64,000 bases of DNA from Caldilineae bacterium (lineage in GTDB: Bacteria > Chloroflexota > Anaerolineae > DTLA01): NCBI GenBank assembly GCA_037446815.1, contig JBBIHX010000003.1, positions 291 to 64,290 of the forward strand, given 5' to 3'. Shown here in pieces: positions 26,735-36,261 of this stretch (positions within the stretch are counted from its first letter, which is position 1; the number at the start of each line of letters is the position of its first letter). The notes under the pieces were generated by a model. The model saw only the letters and a program-made list of their open reading frames with translations, did no database searches and was not told the DNA's origin. The position numbers and the translations under genes were made by a program.

Positions 26735-28282
26735 ATGCTTCCAGCACGTTGGCCAAAATGGCTTCTGATCCCCCTCTCGTTGGCGGTTGTGGCCATCGCT
26801 GTGGTCGTTGGGCTTCTGGCCGAGCCGGTGGGGCAGGCGTTGTCTCCGAAGATCACGCCCGCGCCCACGCTGTACTTTATCGGCTACGCCGCGCCCCTGT
26901 CGCAGGAGTGCACCAAGTGCCACACCGACCCGCAGGCGTTGGCGGCTTCGGCCGAGTCGCCGGATACGGCTAAATCGGCGTACATTGATCCGGCGACGCT
27001 GAACACGCCCCACGGTCACCTGGGGTGCATCACGTGCCACGGCGGGACGGCCAATCAGGCCGACAAGAATGCCGCGCACGAGAATCTGGTGGCCGACCTG
27101 TCCAAGTCGCACCCGCAGGACTGCCTGACGTGCCACCGCAACCTGCCGGCGGAAATCCCAGAAGACAACCTGCGCACGCCGCACGGCGCGGTCGTGAACG
27201 CGGTCTGGGAAGGCTCCACGTGCGGCGTGTATTGTAGCGATTGCCACGGGGCGGTGGGCCATGGATTTGACCCCGTCTCCGGCGGAACGACGTGCTCCAT
27301 GTCGGTTTGCCTGGACTGCCACAAGGAGCGGAACCTGGGCGCGCGGCTGACGGACTGCGATACCTGCCACGTGGGGCCGCACGATGTGGCACAGGTCTTG
27401 AGTTGCAGCGACTGCCACACGTCCACCGAGACGTGGAAGCAGACCACACTGAAGGTGCACCCGATTCAACTGGTGGGCAAGCACGCGATGACAGACTGCT
27501 TCACCTGCCACAGGTGGCCCAACTTCAAGGGCCTGTCGGGCGTATGCAGCGATTGCCACAAGCGCCCGCACGAGTTCGGGAATGACAACTGCGCGCTGTG
27601 CCACACGCCACAGGGGTGGGCGGAGTCGGCCAAGGCGCTAGTGGCCGCGGCTGCTGCCATTCCTCACCCGACGCAGGGGCGCGAGGACTGCCGCTCCTGC
27701 CACGGCGTGCAAGGCGCGATGGCTCTGCCCGCTGATCACAAGGATCGCACGAACGACACGTGTCTGGTGTGCCACTCCCTGGCGCCGTCGCCCGCCATCC
27801 TCCACCCTGTGGAGGGGCGCGAGGCCTGCCTGGCCTGCCACGGCGAGGGCAAGATCGCGCAGTTCCCCGTGGCGACGCACGCCGGACGGGCCGAGTCCAC
27901 GTGCACCACGTGCCACGAGCCGGCGGGCGTAACGCCGCTGCCCATCTCGCACTCCACGCAGGGGCGTGAGGACTGCCTGATGTGCCACGCGCCGGGCGGT
28001 ATCAAGCCGTATCCCGAGACGCACGAAGGCTGGGGGAATATGCTCTGCCTGCTGTGCCACAAGGCCGGCGAGGCTCCCACCAAGGCGGAACACGTGTTCC
28101 CGCAGGATCACGACGGCGCGGCCAAGAACTGCGTGCTGTGCCACCCGAAGAACGACTTCACCACGTACCACTGCGAAACGTGCCACGCCACGGGCGGCAT
28201 GACGCAGGTCCACGGCGCGCGCGGCATCAAGGATATTCAGAACAAGTGCGTGTTGTGCCACCCAACGGGAAAGAAACCGTAG
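26735..28282 (+). CDS. Multiheme cytochrome c with 19 CxxCH motifs (515 aa), N-terminal signal-anchor
   Basis: I count 19 CxxCH motifs by eye (CTKCH, CITCH, CLTCH, CSDCH x3, CLDCH, CDTCH, CFTCH, CALCH, CRSCH, CLVCH, CLACH, CTTCH, CLMCH, CLLCH, CVLCH x2, CETCH). Three copies of an 'HP..GRE(D/A)C..CH' module are present. Confidence 0.9.
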   Translation: MLPARWPKWLLIPLSLAVVAIAVVVGLLAEPVGQALSPKITPAPTLYFIGYAAPLSQECTKCHTDPQALAASAESPDTAKSAYIDPATLNTPHGHLGCITCHGGTANQADKNAAHENLVADLSKSHPQDCLTCHRNLPAEIPEDNLRTPHGAVVNAVWEGSTCGVYCSDCHGAVGHGFDPVSGGTTCSMSVCLDCHKERNLGARLTDCDTCHVGPHDVAQVLSCSDCHTSTETWKQTTLKVHPIQLVGKHAMTDCFTCHRWPNFKGLSGVCSDCHKRPHEFGNDNCALCHTPQGWAESAKALVAAAAAIPHPTQGREDCRSCHGVQGAMALPADHKDRTNDTCLVCHSLAPSPAILHPVEGREACLACHGEGKIAQFPVATHAGRAESTCTTCHEPAGVTPLPISHSTQGREDCLMCHAPGGIKPYPETHEGWGNMLCLLCHKAGEAPTKAEHVFPQDHDGAAKNCVLCHPKNDFTTYHCETCHATGGMTQVHGARGIKDIQNKCVLCHPTGKKP

Positions 28283-28306
28283 TCTAGACGCAAGAGGAGA
28301 CGAAAG

Positions 28307-28414
28307 ATGTACGACTTCATCGGACCGGTAGCCTTGGTAGCCTTCGGTGTGCTGTCCATTCTCGGCGGCGCAATCGGCCAGGTTCTCGCACGGCGCCGCA
28401 CGGACGCCCACTAG
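28307..28414 (+). CDS. Unannotated 35-aa hydrophobic small protein (MYDFIGPVALVAFGVLSILGGAIGQVLARRRTDAH)
   Basis: Strong RBS AGAGGAGA 7 nt upstream of ATG 28307. One predicted TM helix with a basic C-terminal tail. Located 25 nt after the cytochrome stop. It falls below the 60-aa ORF-track cutoff. Confidence 0.45.
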   Translation: MYDFIGPVALVAFGVLSILGGAIGQVLARRRTDAH

Positions 28415-28466
28415 GAGAGTCCCGTTTCCGGGAAGATTCCGCGTAGCCGGCGCCGGCAACGCTGCA

Positions 28467-28500
28467 GAGAGACGCGCCCCCATCCCGCTCCGCCGAGCGG
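28467..28500. terminator. Candidate bidirectional hairpin terminator between the convergent cytochrome operon and the FHA gene
   Basis: The imperfect inverted repeat CCCCATCCCGCTC-CGCC-GAGCGGGGTGGGG lies in the 107-nt convergent gap. Confidence 0.3.
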
Positions 28501-28521
28501 GGTGGGGGAGGCTGCGCGGCG

Positions 28522-28947
28522 CTAGGGCGCGTCCGCGGCGTGGCCCAGGCTCACGTGGAAGACCAGTTCCCAATCCTCTATGGCGATGATGTCGCCGGGC
28601 CTCAGGCGTTCCGGCTTGAGCCGAAGCAGGCGCTTGCCGTTGAGCCACGTGCCGTTGATGCTGAGGTCGCTGATCCAGTACAGGCCGTTGGAGCGCGTGA
28701 TGACGGCGTGCTCGCGGGAGATGTACCGGTGATCCGAGCGCAAGACGAGGTGGCAATGCTCGGCTCGGCCGATGAGGAACTCGGCCGTGCGGATAGGGTG
28801 CCGCGATGAGCGCCCCCGTTTGCGTGCTTCAAGCCAGGCGTCCGCCGGGCCATCGCCCGAGTCGGCCAGGGTCATATCCGCGCCCCCTGCGCCGAAATGG
28901 CCTGGCGAGTCCCGCCCTCCCCACTTCTGGGGTAACGCCTGCATCAT
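28522..28947 (-). CDS. FHA-domain protein
   Basis: The FHA core is FLIGRAEHCHLVLRSDHRYISREHAVITRSNGLYWISDLSINGTWLNGKRL. The start is ambiguous (ATG at 28947, 28875 or 29043). Confidence 0.6.
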   Translation of the reverse strand: MMQALPQKWGGRDSPGHFGAGGADMTLADSGDGPADAWLEARKRGRSSRHPIRTAEFLIGRAEHCHLVLRSDHRYISREHAVITRSNGLYWISDLSINGTWLNGKRLLRLKPERLRPGDIIAIEDWELVFHVSLGHAADAP

Positions 28948-29383
28948 GCCTGCTCCCGACGATTCCCCATGCCGTCGGCTCACGGTTCTGCTGGAGCGCG
29001 GCGCATTTCGCGAGGTGAAACCCTTCCACTTCAATAATAGCATAACATATGCGGATTGTCAATCCCCTTTTCGCACATATTTCACCCTGTGAGAGCAGCG
29101 ACGCACGGCTGTTGCATTGGGAGCGGAGCGGTATCCACGAATAACACGAATCCACACGAATAAGGTTAGGGTGAGCGCCGCCCGACGCTGAAGCATCGGG
29201 CTGAGGGTGCAAAGCCCGGCGGGCTATCAGCCCCGAAGGGGCTTCTGCCCGTAGCGCGGGGCTTCAGCCCGGCGCCAGGGGTATCGCAACCGCGAATAAC
29301 GCGGATAGGTTTGGGGTGAAGAGAGACCTCACCCCCTGCTGGCGGACAGGGGGAGGCCGAAGGCCGGGGGTGAGGTGTTTCCG

Positions 29384-29516
29384 CCCGCGCCCTCGCAATG
29401 ACAGGCGGGGCCGGACTCCCTCGCCCTTCGGGAGAGGGCTGGGGTGAGGGGGATTGCTTCGGGCGCTCCGCGCCCTCGCAATGACAAATACCAACAGACT
29501 TTGGAACCGAATCGCC
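29384..29516 (-). repeat. MITE-like repeat family A, partial copy in reverse orientation
   Basis: The reverse complement reads GATTCGGTTCCAAAGTCTGTTGGTATTTGTCATTGCGAGGGCGCGGAGCGCCCGAAGCAATC..., matching the left half of the 23031 and 52691 copies. Confidence 0.6.
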
Positions 29517-29549
29517 CGCGCGCGCCGATTCCTGCAAAGCGGCGGCCTG

Positions 29550-29558
29550 TGGTATAAT
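29550..29558 (+). promoter_or_regulatory. Extended -10 promoter element (TGgTATAAT) for the ABC-F gene
   Basis: TGGTATAAT lies 32-40 nt upstream of ATG 29590. The -35 hexamer is weak. Confidence 0.5.
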
Positions 29559-29589
29559 ATGCGCCGATTCCACATCGGCGTGAGACAGG

Positions 29590-31482
29590 ATGTCTATCCT
29601 TGTTGCAGACAGCATCTCCAAATCCTACGGCGCGCAGGACGTGTTCCTGGACGTGTCGCTACAGGTGGCCCGCGGCGACCGCATCGCCCTTGTCGGCCCC
29701 AACGGCCACGGCAAGACGACCCTTCTCCGCATCCTGGCGGGGCTGGAGCCGCCATCGGCTGGCACGGTGAGCCGCGCCAAAGGGCTCACCATCGGCTACC
29801 TGCCCCAGATCGCCGACCTGGACACCACCAGGACGGTGTACGAGGAGGCCCTGTCCGCTTTCCAGCCGCTCCTGGAGATGCAGGAGGAACTCCGCCGCCT
29901 GGAGGCCCGCATGGCCGACCCCCGCGAGCGCGAGGAGGTCATGGAGCGGTACGGCGAACTGCAGGCGCGGTTTGAGTTGCTCGGCGGATACGAATACCCG
30001 CATCAGACTGAGCATGTGCTGTTGGGCGTGGGCTTCTCCGCCGAGGAATTCTCCATGCCCTTGAGCCGATTGAGTGGCGGCCAGAAGACGCGGGCGCTCT
30101 TGGCGCGGCTGCTCCTCCAGCAGCCAGACCTCCTGCTCCTGGACGAGCCGACGAATCACCTGGACCTGGCGTCCATAGAGTGGCTGGAGGAGCACCTGGC
30201 CCAGTGGCCGGGCACGTTCATCGTCGTGGCGCACGATCGCTATTTCCTGGACAAAGTGGCCACGCGCGTCTGGGAACTCTCGTTCAAGCGCGTGGAGACC
30301 TATCGGGGCAACTACTCCCAGTACCTGGAGCAGCGCGCGCAGCGGTACGAGCAGCGCCTGGCCGAATACGAGGCGCAGCAGGAAGAGATCGCGCGCCTGG
30401 AGGGCTACATTCGGCGCTACAAGGCGGGGGAGCGTACCAAGCAGGCGCGCTCGCGTGAGCATCGCCTGGCGCACATGGAGCGGCTGGATCGCCCCGAGCG
30501 CCTGCGCGCCATGAGCCTGCGCCTCCAGACCGACCTCCGCAGCGGGGATATCGTCCTGGCGTCCGAGGGCATGACCGTCGGGTATCGGGGCGACGAGTCC
30601 GCGCGGGCCAAGGTGCTGTTCCGCAGTCCCGAATTCGTGCTACGGCGTGGAGAGAAGGTCGCCATCCTCGGGCCGAACGGGAGCGGCAAGACGACCCTCC
30701 TGCGCACCCTCCTGGGCCAGATTCCCCCGCTGGCAGGATCGTTCCAAGTCGGCGCGAGCGTGCGCATGGGCTACTTCGCCCAAGGGCACGCCGATCTGGA
30801 CGATGGGAAAACAGTGCTGGACGAACTGTTGGATGTGCGGAATGTCCCCCTGGGCGAGGCGCGCAACCTGCTGGGCCGCTTCCTGTTCTCGGGCGATGAC
30901 GTGTTCAAGAAGGTGGGCGACCTCAGCGGCGGCGAGCGGGCCCGCCTGAAACTGGCCAAACTCACCCTGTTGGACGCCAACTTCCTCCTGCTGGACGAGC
31001 CGACCAGCCACCTGGATGTGTTGTCCCGCGAGGTGCTGGAGGACGTTCTCCTTCGGTTTGCGGGCACGATTCTGTTGGTAACCCACGACCGCTATTTCAT
31101 CAACGCGCTGGCAACCCAGGTTTGGGTGATTGACGGCGCAGACATGCGCGTGTATCCTTTCGGCTACGCCGAGTATCTGGAGGCGAGGGAGCGGGAGCGC
31201 AGGCGGGCGAAGGAGAGCGCTGCCCCCGCGCCCACCCCCCGTCGGGCAACCCGCCCGAATGGGCAGGCGCAGGCCAGGAAGTTGGCCGAGCAGGCGAAGC
31301 AGATGGAGGAGCAGATTCGCGCCCTGGAGACGCGGCTGAAAGCCCTGGAAGAGGAGATTGTCCGCGCCAGCGAGGCGCAGGATGCTGTCGCCGTTGGACA
31401 ACTCGGCGAGGAGTACCGCGAATTAGAAGAGACGTTGCAACGGAGGCTGGAAGAGTGGATGACGACCGTCGCGCAACTGTAG
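29590..31482 (+). CDS. ABC-F family ATPase (two ABC cassettes, no TMD; Uup/EttA-like) with a C-terminal coiled-coil
   Basis: Two Walker A motifs (GPNGHGKTT; GPNGSGKTT), two ABC signatures (LSGGQKTR; LSGGERAR), an inter-domain linker, and a charged Arg/Glu-rich C-terminal tail. Confidence 0.85.
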   Translation: MSILVADSISKSYGAQDVFLDVSLQVARGDRIALVGPNGHGKTTLLRILAGLEPPSAGTVSRAKGLTIGYLPQIADLDTTRTVYEEALSAFQPLLEMQEELRRLEARMADPREREEVMERYGELQARFELLGGYEYPHQTEHVLLGVGFSAEEFSMPLSRLSGGQKTRALLARLLLQQPDLLLLDEPTNHLDLASIEWLEEHLAQWPGTFIVVAHDRYFLDKVATRVWELSFKRVETYRGNYSQYLEQRAQRYEQRLAEYEAQQEEIARLEGYIRRYKAGERTKQARSREHRLAHMERLDRPERLRAMSLRLQTDLRSGDIVLASEGMTVGYRGDESARAKVLFRSPEFVLRRGEKVAILGPNGSGKTTLLRTLLGQIPPLAGSFQVGASVRMGYFAQGHADLDDGKTVLDELLDVRNVPLGEARNLLGRFLFSGDDVFKKVGDLSGGERARLKLAKLTLLDANFLLLDEPTSHLDVLSREVLEDVLLRFAGTILLVTHDRYFINALATQVWVIDGADMRVYPFGYAEYLEARERERRRAKESAAPAPTPRRATRPNGQAQARKLAEQAKQMEEQIRALETRLKALEEEIVRASEAQDAVAVGQLGEEYRELEETLQRRLEEWMTTVAQL

Positions 31483-32588
31483 CACCTGCCAACGTCCCCC
31501 CTGCCCAGGGTCGCCGCAAACCCTATGTCATCGGCCTCACCGGCAACATCGCCACGGGCAAGACCACGGTCATGTCCATGTTGCGACACCTGGGCGCGCG
31601 GGTCATAGACGCCGACGCGCTGGCCCACGAAGTCATGGTCTCCGGCACGCCCGTCTGGCAGCGCATCGTCAACGTGTTCGGGCGCGGCATCCTGGATGAA
31701 AAGGGCGAGATCGTGCGGGCCAAACTGGCCGAAATCGTGTTCAACGACCCCAAGGCCCTGCAGGCGCTGGAGGAGATCGTTCACCCCGCCGTGTTGGAGC
31801 GCGTGCAGCGCCTCATCGCCGAGGCAGAGGAGCCTGTCGTCGTCGTGGAGGCCATCAAACTGATTGAGTCGGGGCTGGCGGACAAGTGCGACACGCTATG
31901 GGTGGTAACGTGCCGCCGCCAGCAGCAGATGCAGCGGCTGATGGAGCAGCGCTACCTGCGCGAAGACCAGGCGCGGGCGCGGATCGCGGCCCAGCCCCCG
32001 CAGGCCGAAAAGATCTTCCGCGCCGACGTGGTGATTGACAACAGCGGCACCCTGGAACAGACCTGGGAGCAGGTGCGCCAGCAGTGGCAGAAGGTGTCGG
32101 CGCTGGTGGGCGGCGCGGCGCCTCCCTTGGTGATCCGCCGTGCCACCCGCGAGGATGTGCCCGGCCTGGCGCGGTTTCTCGCCAGCATGGATTGGCGGGG
32201 CAAGCCGCCCAACGAGGAGGCCGCCTTCGCGCGCATCATGGAGCGGGCTCACTGGCTCCTCCTCCGCAATGAGCATGTCATCGGCATGGCGAGTTGGGAA
32301 GCCATCAACCTGGTGGCCTGCATTGAGGAGATCGCCGTGGGGCCAGAGCCGGATGCCGAAGATTTGGCATGCCGCCTGGCCGCCGCCGTGGAAGGCGAGG
32401 CTCGCCTCCTTCAGTGCGAGGTCGTGCTCGTCGGGATTCCGCCCAAGGCGAACGCGCTATGGGATGGGGTGCACCGGCGGTGCGGGTACACGGTGATGGC
32501 GCGGGCGCAACTGCCGAAAGTCTGGCGCGAGGTGGCGGACGAGATCGCCCCCCATGCGGAACAGGTCTTCGTGAAGCCATTGCGCTGA
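31455..32588 (+). CDS. coaE: Dephospho-CoA kinase fused to a C-terminal domain of unknown function (about 170 aa)
   Basis: N-terminal VIGLTGNIATGKTTV P-loop with a CoaE-like core to about aa 200. The extra C-terminal region (VIRRATREDVPGLARFLASMDW...) could be GNAT-like, but this is uncertain. The start overlaps the ABC-F 3' end, so the true start may be internal. Confidence 0.7.
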   Translation: MDDDRRATVAPANVPPAQGRRKPYVIGLTGNIATGKTTVMSMLRHLGARVIDADALAHEVMVSGTPVWQRIVNVFGRGILDEKGEIVRAKLAEIVFNDPKALQALEEIVHPAVLERVQRLIAEAEEPVVVVEAIKLIESGLADKCDTLWVVTCRRQQQMQRLMEQRYLREDQARARIAAQPPQAEKIFRADVVIDNSGTLEQTWEQVRQQWQKVSALVGGAAPPLVIRRATREDVPGLARFLASMDWRGKPPNEEAAFARIMERAHWLLLRNEHVIGMASWEAINLVACIEEIAVGPEPDAEDLACRLAAAVEGEARLLQCEVVLVGIPPKANALWDGVHRRCGYTVMARAQLPKVWREVADEIAPHAEQVFVKPLR

Positions 32589-32730
32589 GCGATTGCGGGC
32601 GCCCTTCGGCAGTGCTGCGCGCCTACGCTGCGCGGGCCACACAGCGCACGGTGCCCGGCCGCGCCTGCGCCGATTTTCCTCCCTCTCGCCGCTTTCCCCA
32701 AAAATCCCAAGTTTAAAATCCTCAAACCCC

Positions 32731-32759
32731 TTGCGACTTTACAGAATATCGTGTATAAT
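32731..32759 (+). promoter_or_regulatory. Sigma70-type promoter (TTGCGA-17 nt-TATAAT, with upstream TG)
   Basis: TTGCGA at 32731-32736 and TATAAT at 32754-32759 with a 17-nt spacer, about 57 nt upstream of the GTG start at 32816. Confidence 0.6.
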
Positions 32760-32815
32760 AGCATCGTCTGATAGGCTAGTTCGCCAAGCAACCAGGGAAG
32801 GGTGGTGCACGCACT

Positions 32816-33829
32816 GTGAGGATAGCGCGAATCCTCATCGGCGGTGCGGTGCTGGTGTGTTTGGTCTTCGTTGCACCTGCGCCAGCCCAAACTCAATATC
32901 CGCCGCCCCAGTACTTCCCGCAGACGGGCCACATCGTGCGGGACGAGTTTCTGGCCTATTTCCGCGCCTACGGCGGCGAGCGCATCTTCGGCTACCCTAT
33001 CACCGAGGACTTCTACGACCGGTATGACGCCGGTTGTCGCACGCAGTACTTCCAGAAGGCGCGGATGGACCTGGTGCCGAGCGTGTTCGGGCCGGCGCGC
33101 ATCCGCCTGGCGCCACTCAGCGAGTACCTCGGCAAGCGGGATCCGCCCATCTCCCCCTCGGACATCCCGCCGTCCAGCGATCCCAACCGACGGTACTATC
33201 CGCAGACGGGCCACACGCTCGGCTACGCGTTCAAGACGTTCTTTGACTTCAACGGCGGCCTGGAGGTGTTCGGCTATCCCATCACCGAACTCATGGTGGA
33301 AAACGGCGTCATCGTGCAGTATTTCCAGAAGGCCAAAATGGAGTGGCATCCCGAGAAGCCCAACGAAGAGCGGGTGCAACTGGCCAACCTGGGAGAACTG
33401 TACTTCCAGTACGCGCGGTTGAATCCTGCGCTGCTAAGCCGTGTCCCGCCTCCCGCGGCGACCAGCGCAGGGCCCACTACCCAGCCCACGGCCGCCGCGT
33501 GGTCGCCTTTGCGCCGCTCGGTTACCCAGATGACCGCGTACGTCTCCCTGCGCAGCGCCATCGTCAGCACCCGGGGGAATCAGACGGTCTCGGTATCGGT
33601 GGCCGACCAAGATGGACAACCTATCGCGGGCGCGACGGTGTTCTGCACCGTTCGCTATCCCAATGAGGATCGCGTACTCGCAATGCCCGTTACCGATACG
33701 GACGGACGCTCCTACCTTACCTTCCAACTGGCCAATCCCCCACCTGGCTACATCGTGTTCGTGGAGGTAACGGCAACCTACGGGCAAGCGAAGGCAGGAG
33801 GACGCGCTGCTTTCCTTACCTGGTGGTAG
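32816..33829 (+). CDS. Secreted hypothetical protein with an internally duplicated 'PQTGH...FGYPITE...YFQKA(R/K)M' module and a C-terminal Ig/CarbopepD_reg-like beta domain
   Basis: GTG start and an N-terminal signal peptide (ILIGGAVLVCLVFVAPAPAQ). Two roughly 90-aa repeats are followed by VSVSVADQDGQPIAGATVFCTVRY... Confidence 0.65.
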   Translation: MRIARILIGGAVLVCLVFVAPAPAQTQYPPPQYFPQTGHIVRDEFLAYFRAYGGERIFGYPITEDFYDRYDAGCRTQYFQKARMDLVPSVFGPARIRLAPLSEYLGKRDPPISPSDIPPSSDPNRRYYPQTGHTLGYAFKTFFDFNGGLEVFGYPITELMVENGVIVQYFQKAKMEWHPEKPNEERVQLANLGELYFQYARLNPALLSRVPPPAATSAGPTTQPTAAAWSPLRRSVTQMTAYVSLRSAIVSTRGNQTVSVSVADQDGQPIAGATVFCTVRYPNEDRVLAMPVTDTDGRSYLTFQLANPPPGYIVFVEVTATYGQAKAGGRAAFLTWW

Positions 33830-34055
33830 GTTGCGAGTACCGGCCTAGAGGGGGGCTACCTCTCCTGCCCGCGGGGTGCCCCCCTCGCCCCACCTCAAGC
33901 CCATTCACCCAATCGCAGGTCGTCGCCCTCCAGGGCATGGATGGCGAGAAAACGGCTGAAGTTCACCAGCGAGGACGCGGAGCAGGGGCGACAGGCCGGT
34001 CGCCCGTGCATGTGCTTTGCCCCTTCTGCCCCATCCGTGCCATCCGTGAATACGA

Positions 34056-34134
34056 CCCTGGAGATGCTTCGCCTTCGGCTCAGCATGACGGGGGAGGACA
34101 ACGTGCGACGCACTTCCGAAGTGCGTCGCACGTT
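34056..34134. repeat. Repeat family B copy (GAGATGCTTCGCCTTCGGCTCAGCATGAC...+ perfect 35-nt palindrome)
   Basis: About 80 bp homologous to 23257-23330. The perfect palindrome AACGTGCGACGCACTTC-C-GAAGTGCGTCGCACGTT spans 34100-34134 in the convergent gap between the secreted-protein gene and proS, so it is a probable bidirectional terminator. Confidence 0.6.
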
Positions 34135-34183
34135 GAGCACATGCCCCTATCCGCGCAATCCGCGCAATCCGTGGATGCGGCGG

Positions 34184-35641
<1,458 letters not shown>

Positions 35642-35724
35642 TCAGGGCCGTTAGCCTTTGGCCGATAGCCTTTAGCCGCTGGCCAAAGGCTGACCGCTGA
35701 TCGCTGACGGCTGTTTGCGCGTTG

Positions 35725-35990
35725 TAACAAAAAATGCCCCGCCCTACAAGGACGAGGCGCGGGACCCCGTGGTACCACCTTGCTGACCCGATATGCGGGC
35801 CGCTCTGTCGGTCGCTGGACCGTTCCGCGATAACGGGCGGACCCCGATGCGGCTTATCGGGCTGGCCTTTTCGCCGCTGGCTCCCGGGCGGGTTCGGCGG
35901 TGCTGCGGCGCCGGCTTGCACCCTCCCGGCTCGCTGGGGCCTTTGCGGGCCGCCTACTGCTCCCGTTCATCGCCTTGGTGTATCGTGCTA
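35725..35990 (-). promoter_or_regulatory. Candidate T-box riboswitch leader of proS
   Basis: On the minus strand the T-box-like AGCAAGGTGGTACCACGGGG (plus 35763-35784) can be compared with the consensus AAnnnGGGTGGnACCGCGGG. An F-box CCGTTA is upstream (plus 35831-35836) with AGTA upstream of that. A downstream GC hairpin plus TTTTTT (plus 35729-35734) would be the intrinsic terminator, and the ATG follows 110 nt later. Confidence 0.5.
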
Positions 35991-36045
35991 TTGGCGGTAG
36001 GATAGCATAGAACGGACGGGCTGTCAAACGGATTGCGCGGATGTT

Positions 36046-36087
36046 GGTCGCCCCCGATGTAGGGGCGACCGATCGGTCGCCCCTACG
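36046..36087. repeat. Triple-arm palindrome GGTCGCCCC-cgatgta-GGGGCGACC-gatc-GGTCGCCCC, containing a perfect 28-nt palindrome (36059-36086)
   Basis: GTAGGGGCGACCGATCGGTCGCCCCTAC is a perfect inverted repeat with an extra upstream arm copy. It lies between the divergent proS leader and the + strand cluster promoter. Confidence 0.7.
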
Positions 36088-36166
36088 AATTTGCCCGCGG
36101 GCGCTTCGCCGTTCGGAATGACAGGCGCCAAAGGACCCCGAAACTGAATCCCATGCGTGCAAGAGG

Positions 36167-36195
36167 TTGACGGAAAATGAGACTAGGGTTATAAT
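36167..36195 (+). promoter_or_regulatory. Sigma70-type promoter (TTGACG-17 nt-TATAAT) of the signalling supercluster
   Basis: TTGACG at 36167-36172 and TATAAT at 36190-36195, 67 nt upstream of ATG 36262. Confidence 0.6.
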
Positions 36196-36261
36196 CAGCA
36201 TATAATTTTGGAGGCATCTGCTGTTCCGCCATTTGTGCACACGCAGACAAGGTGAGAGAAG

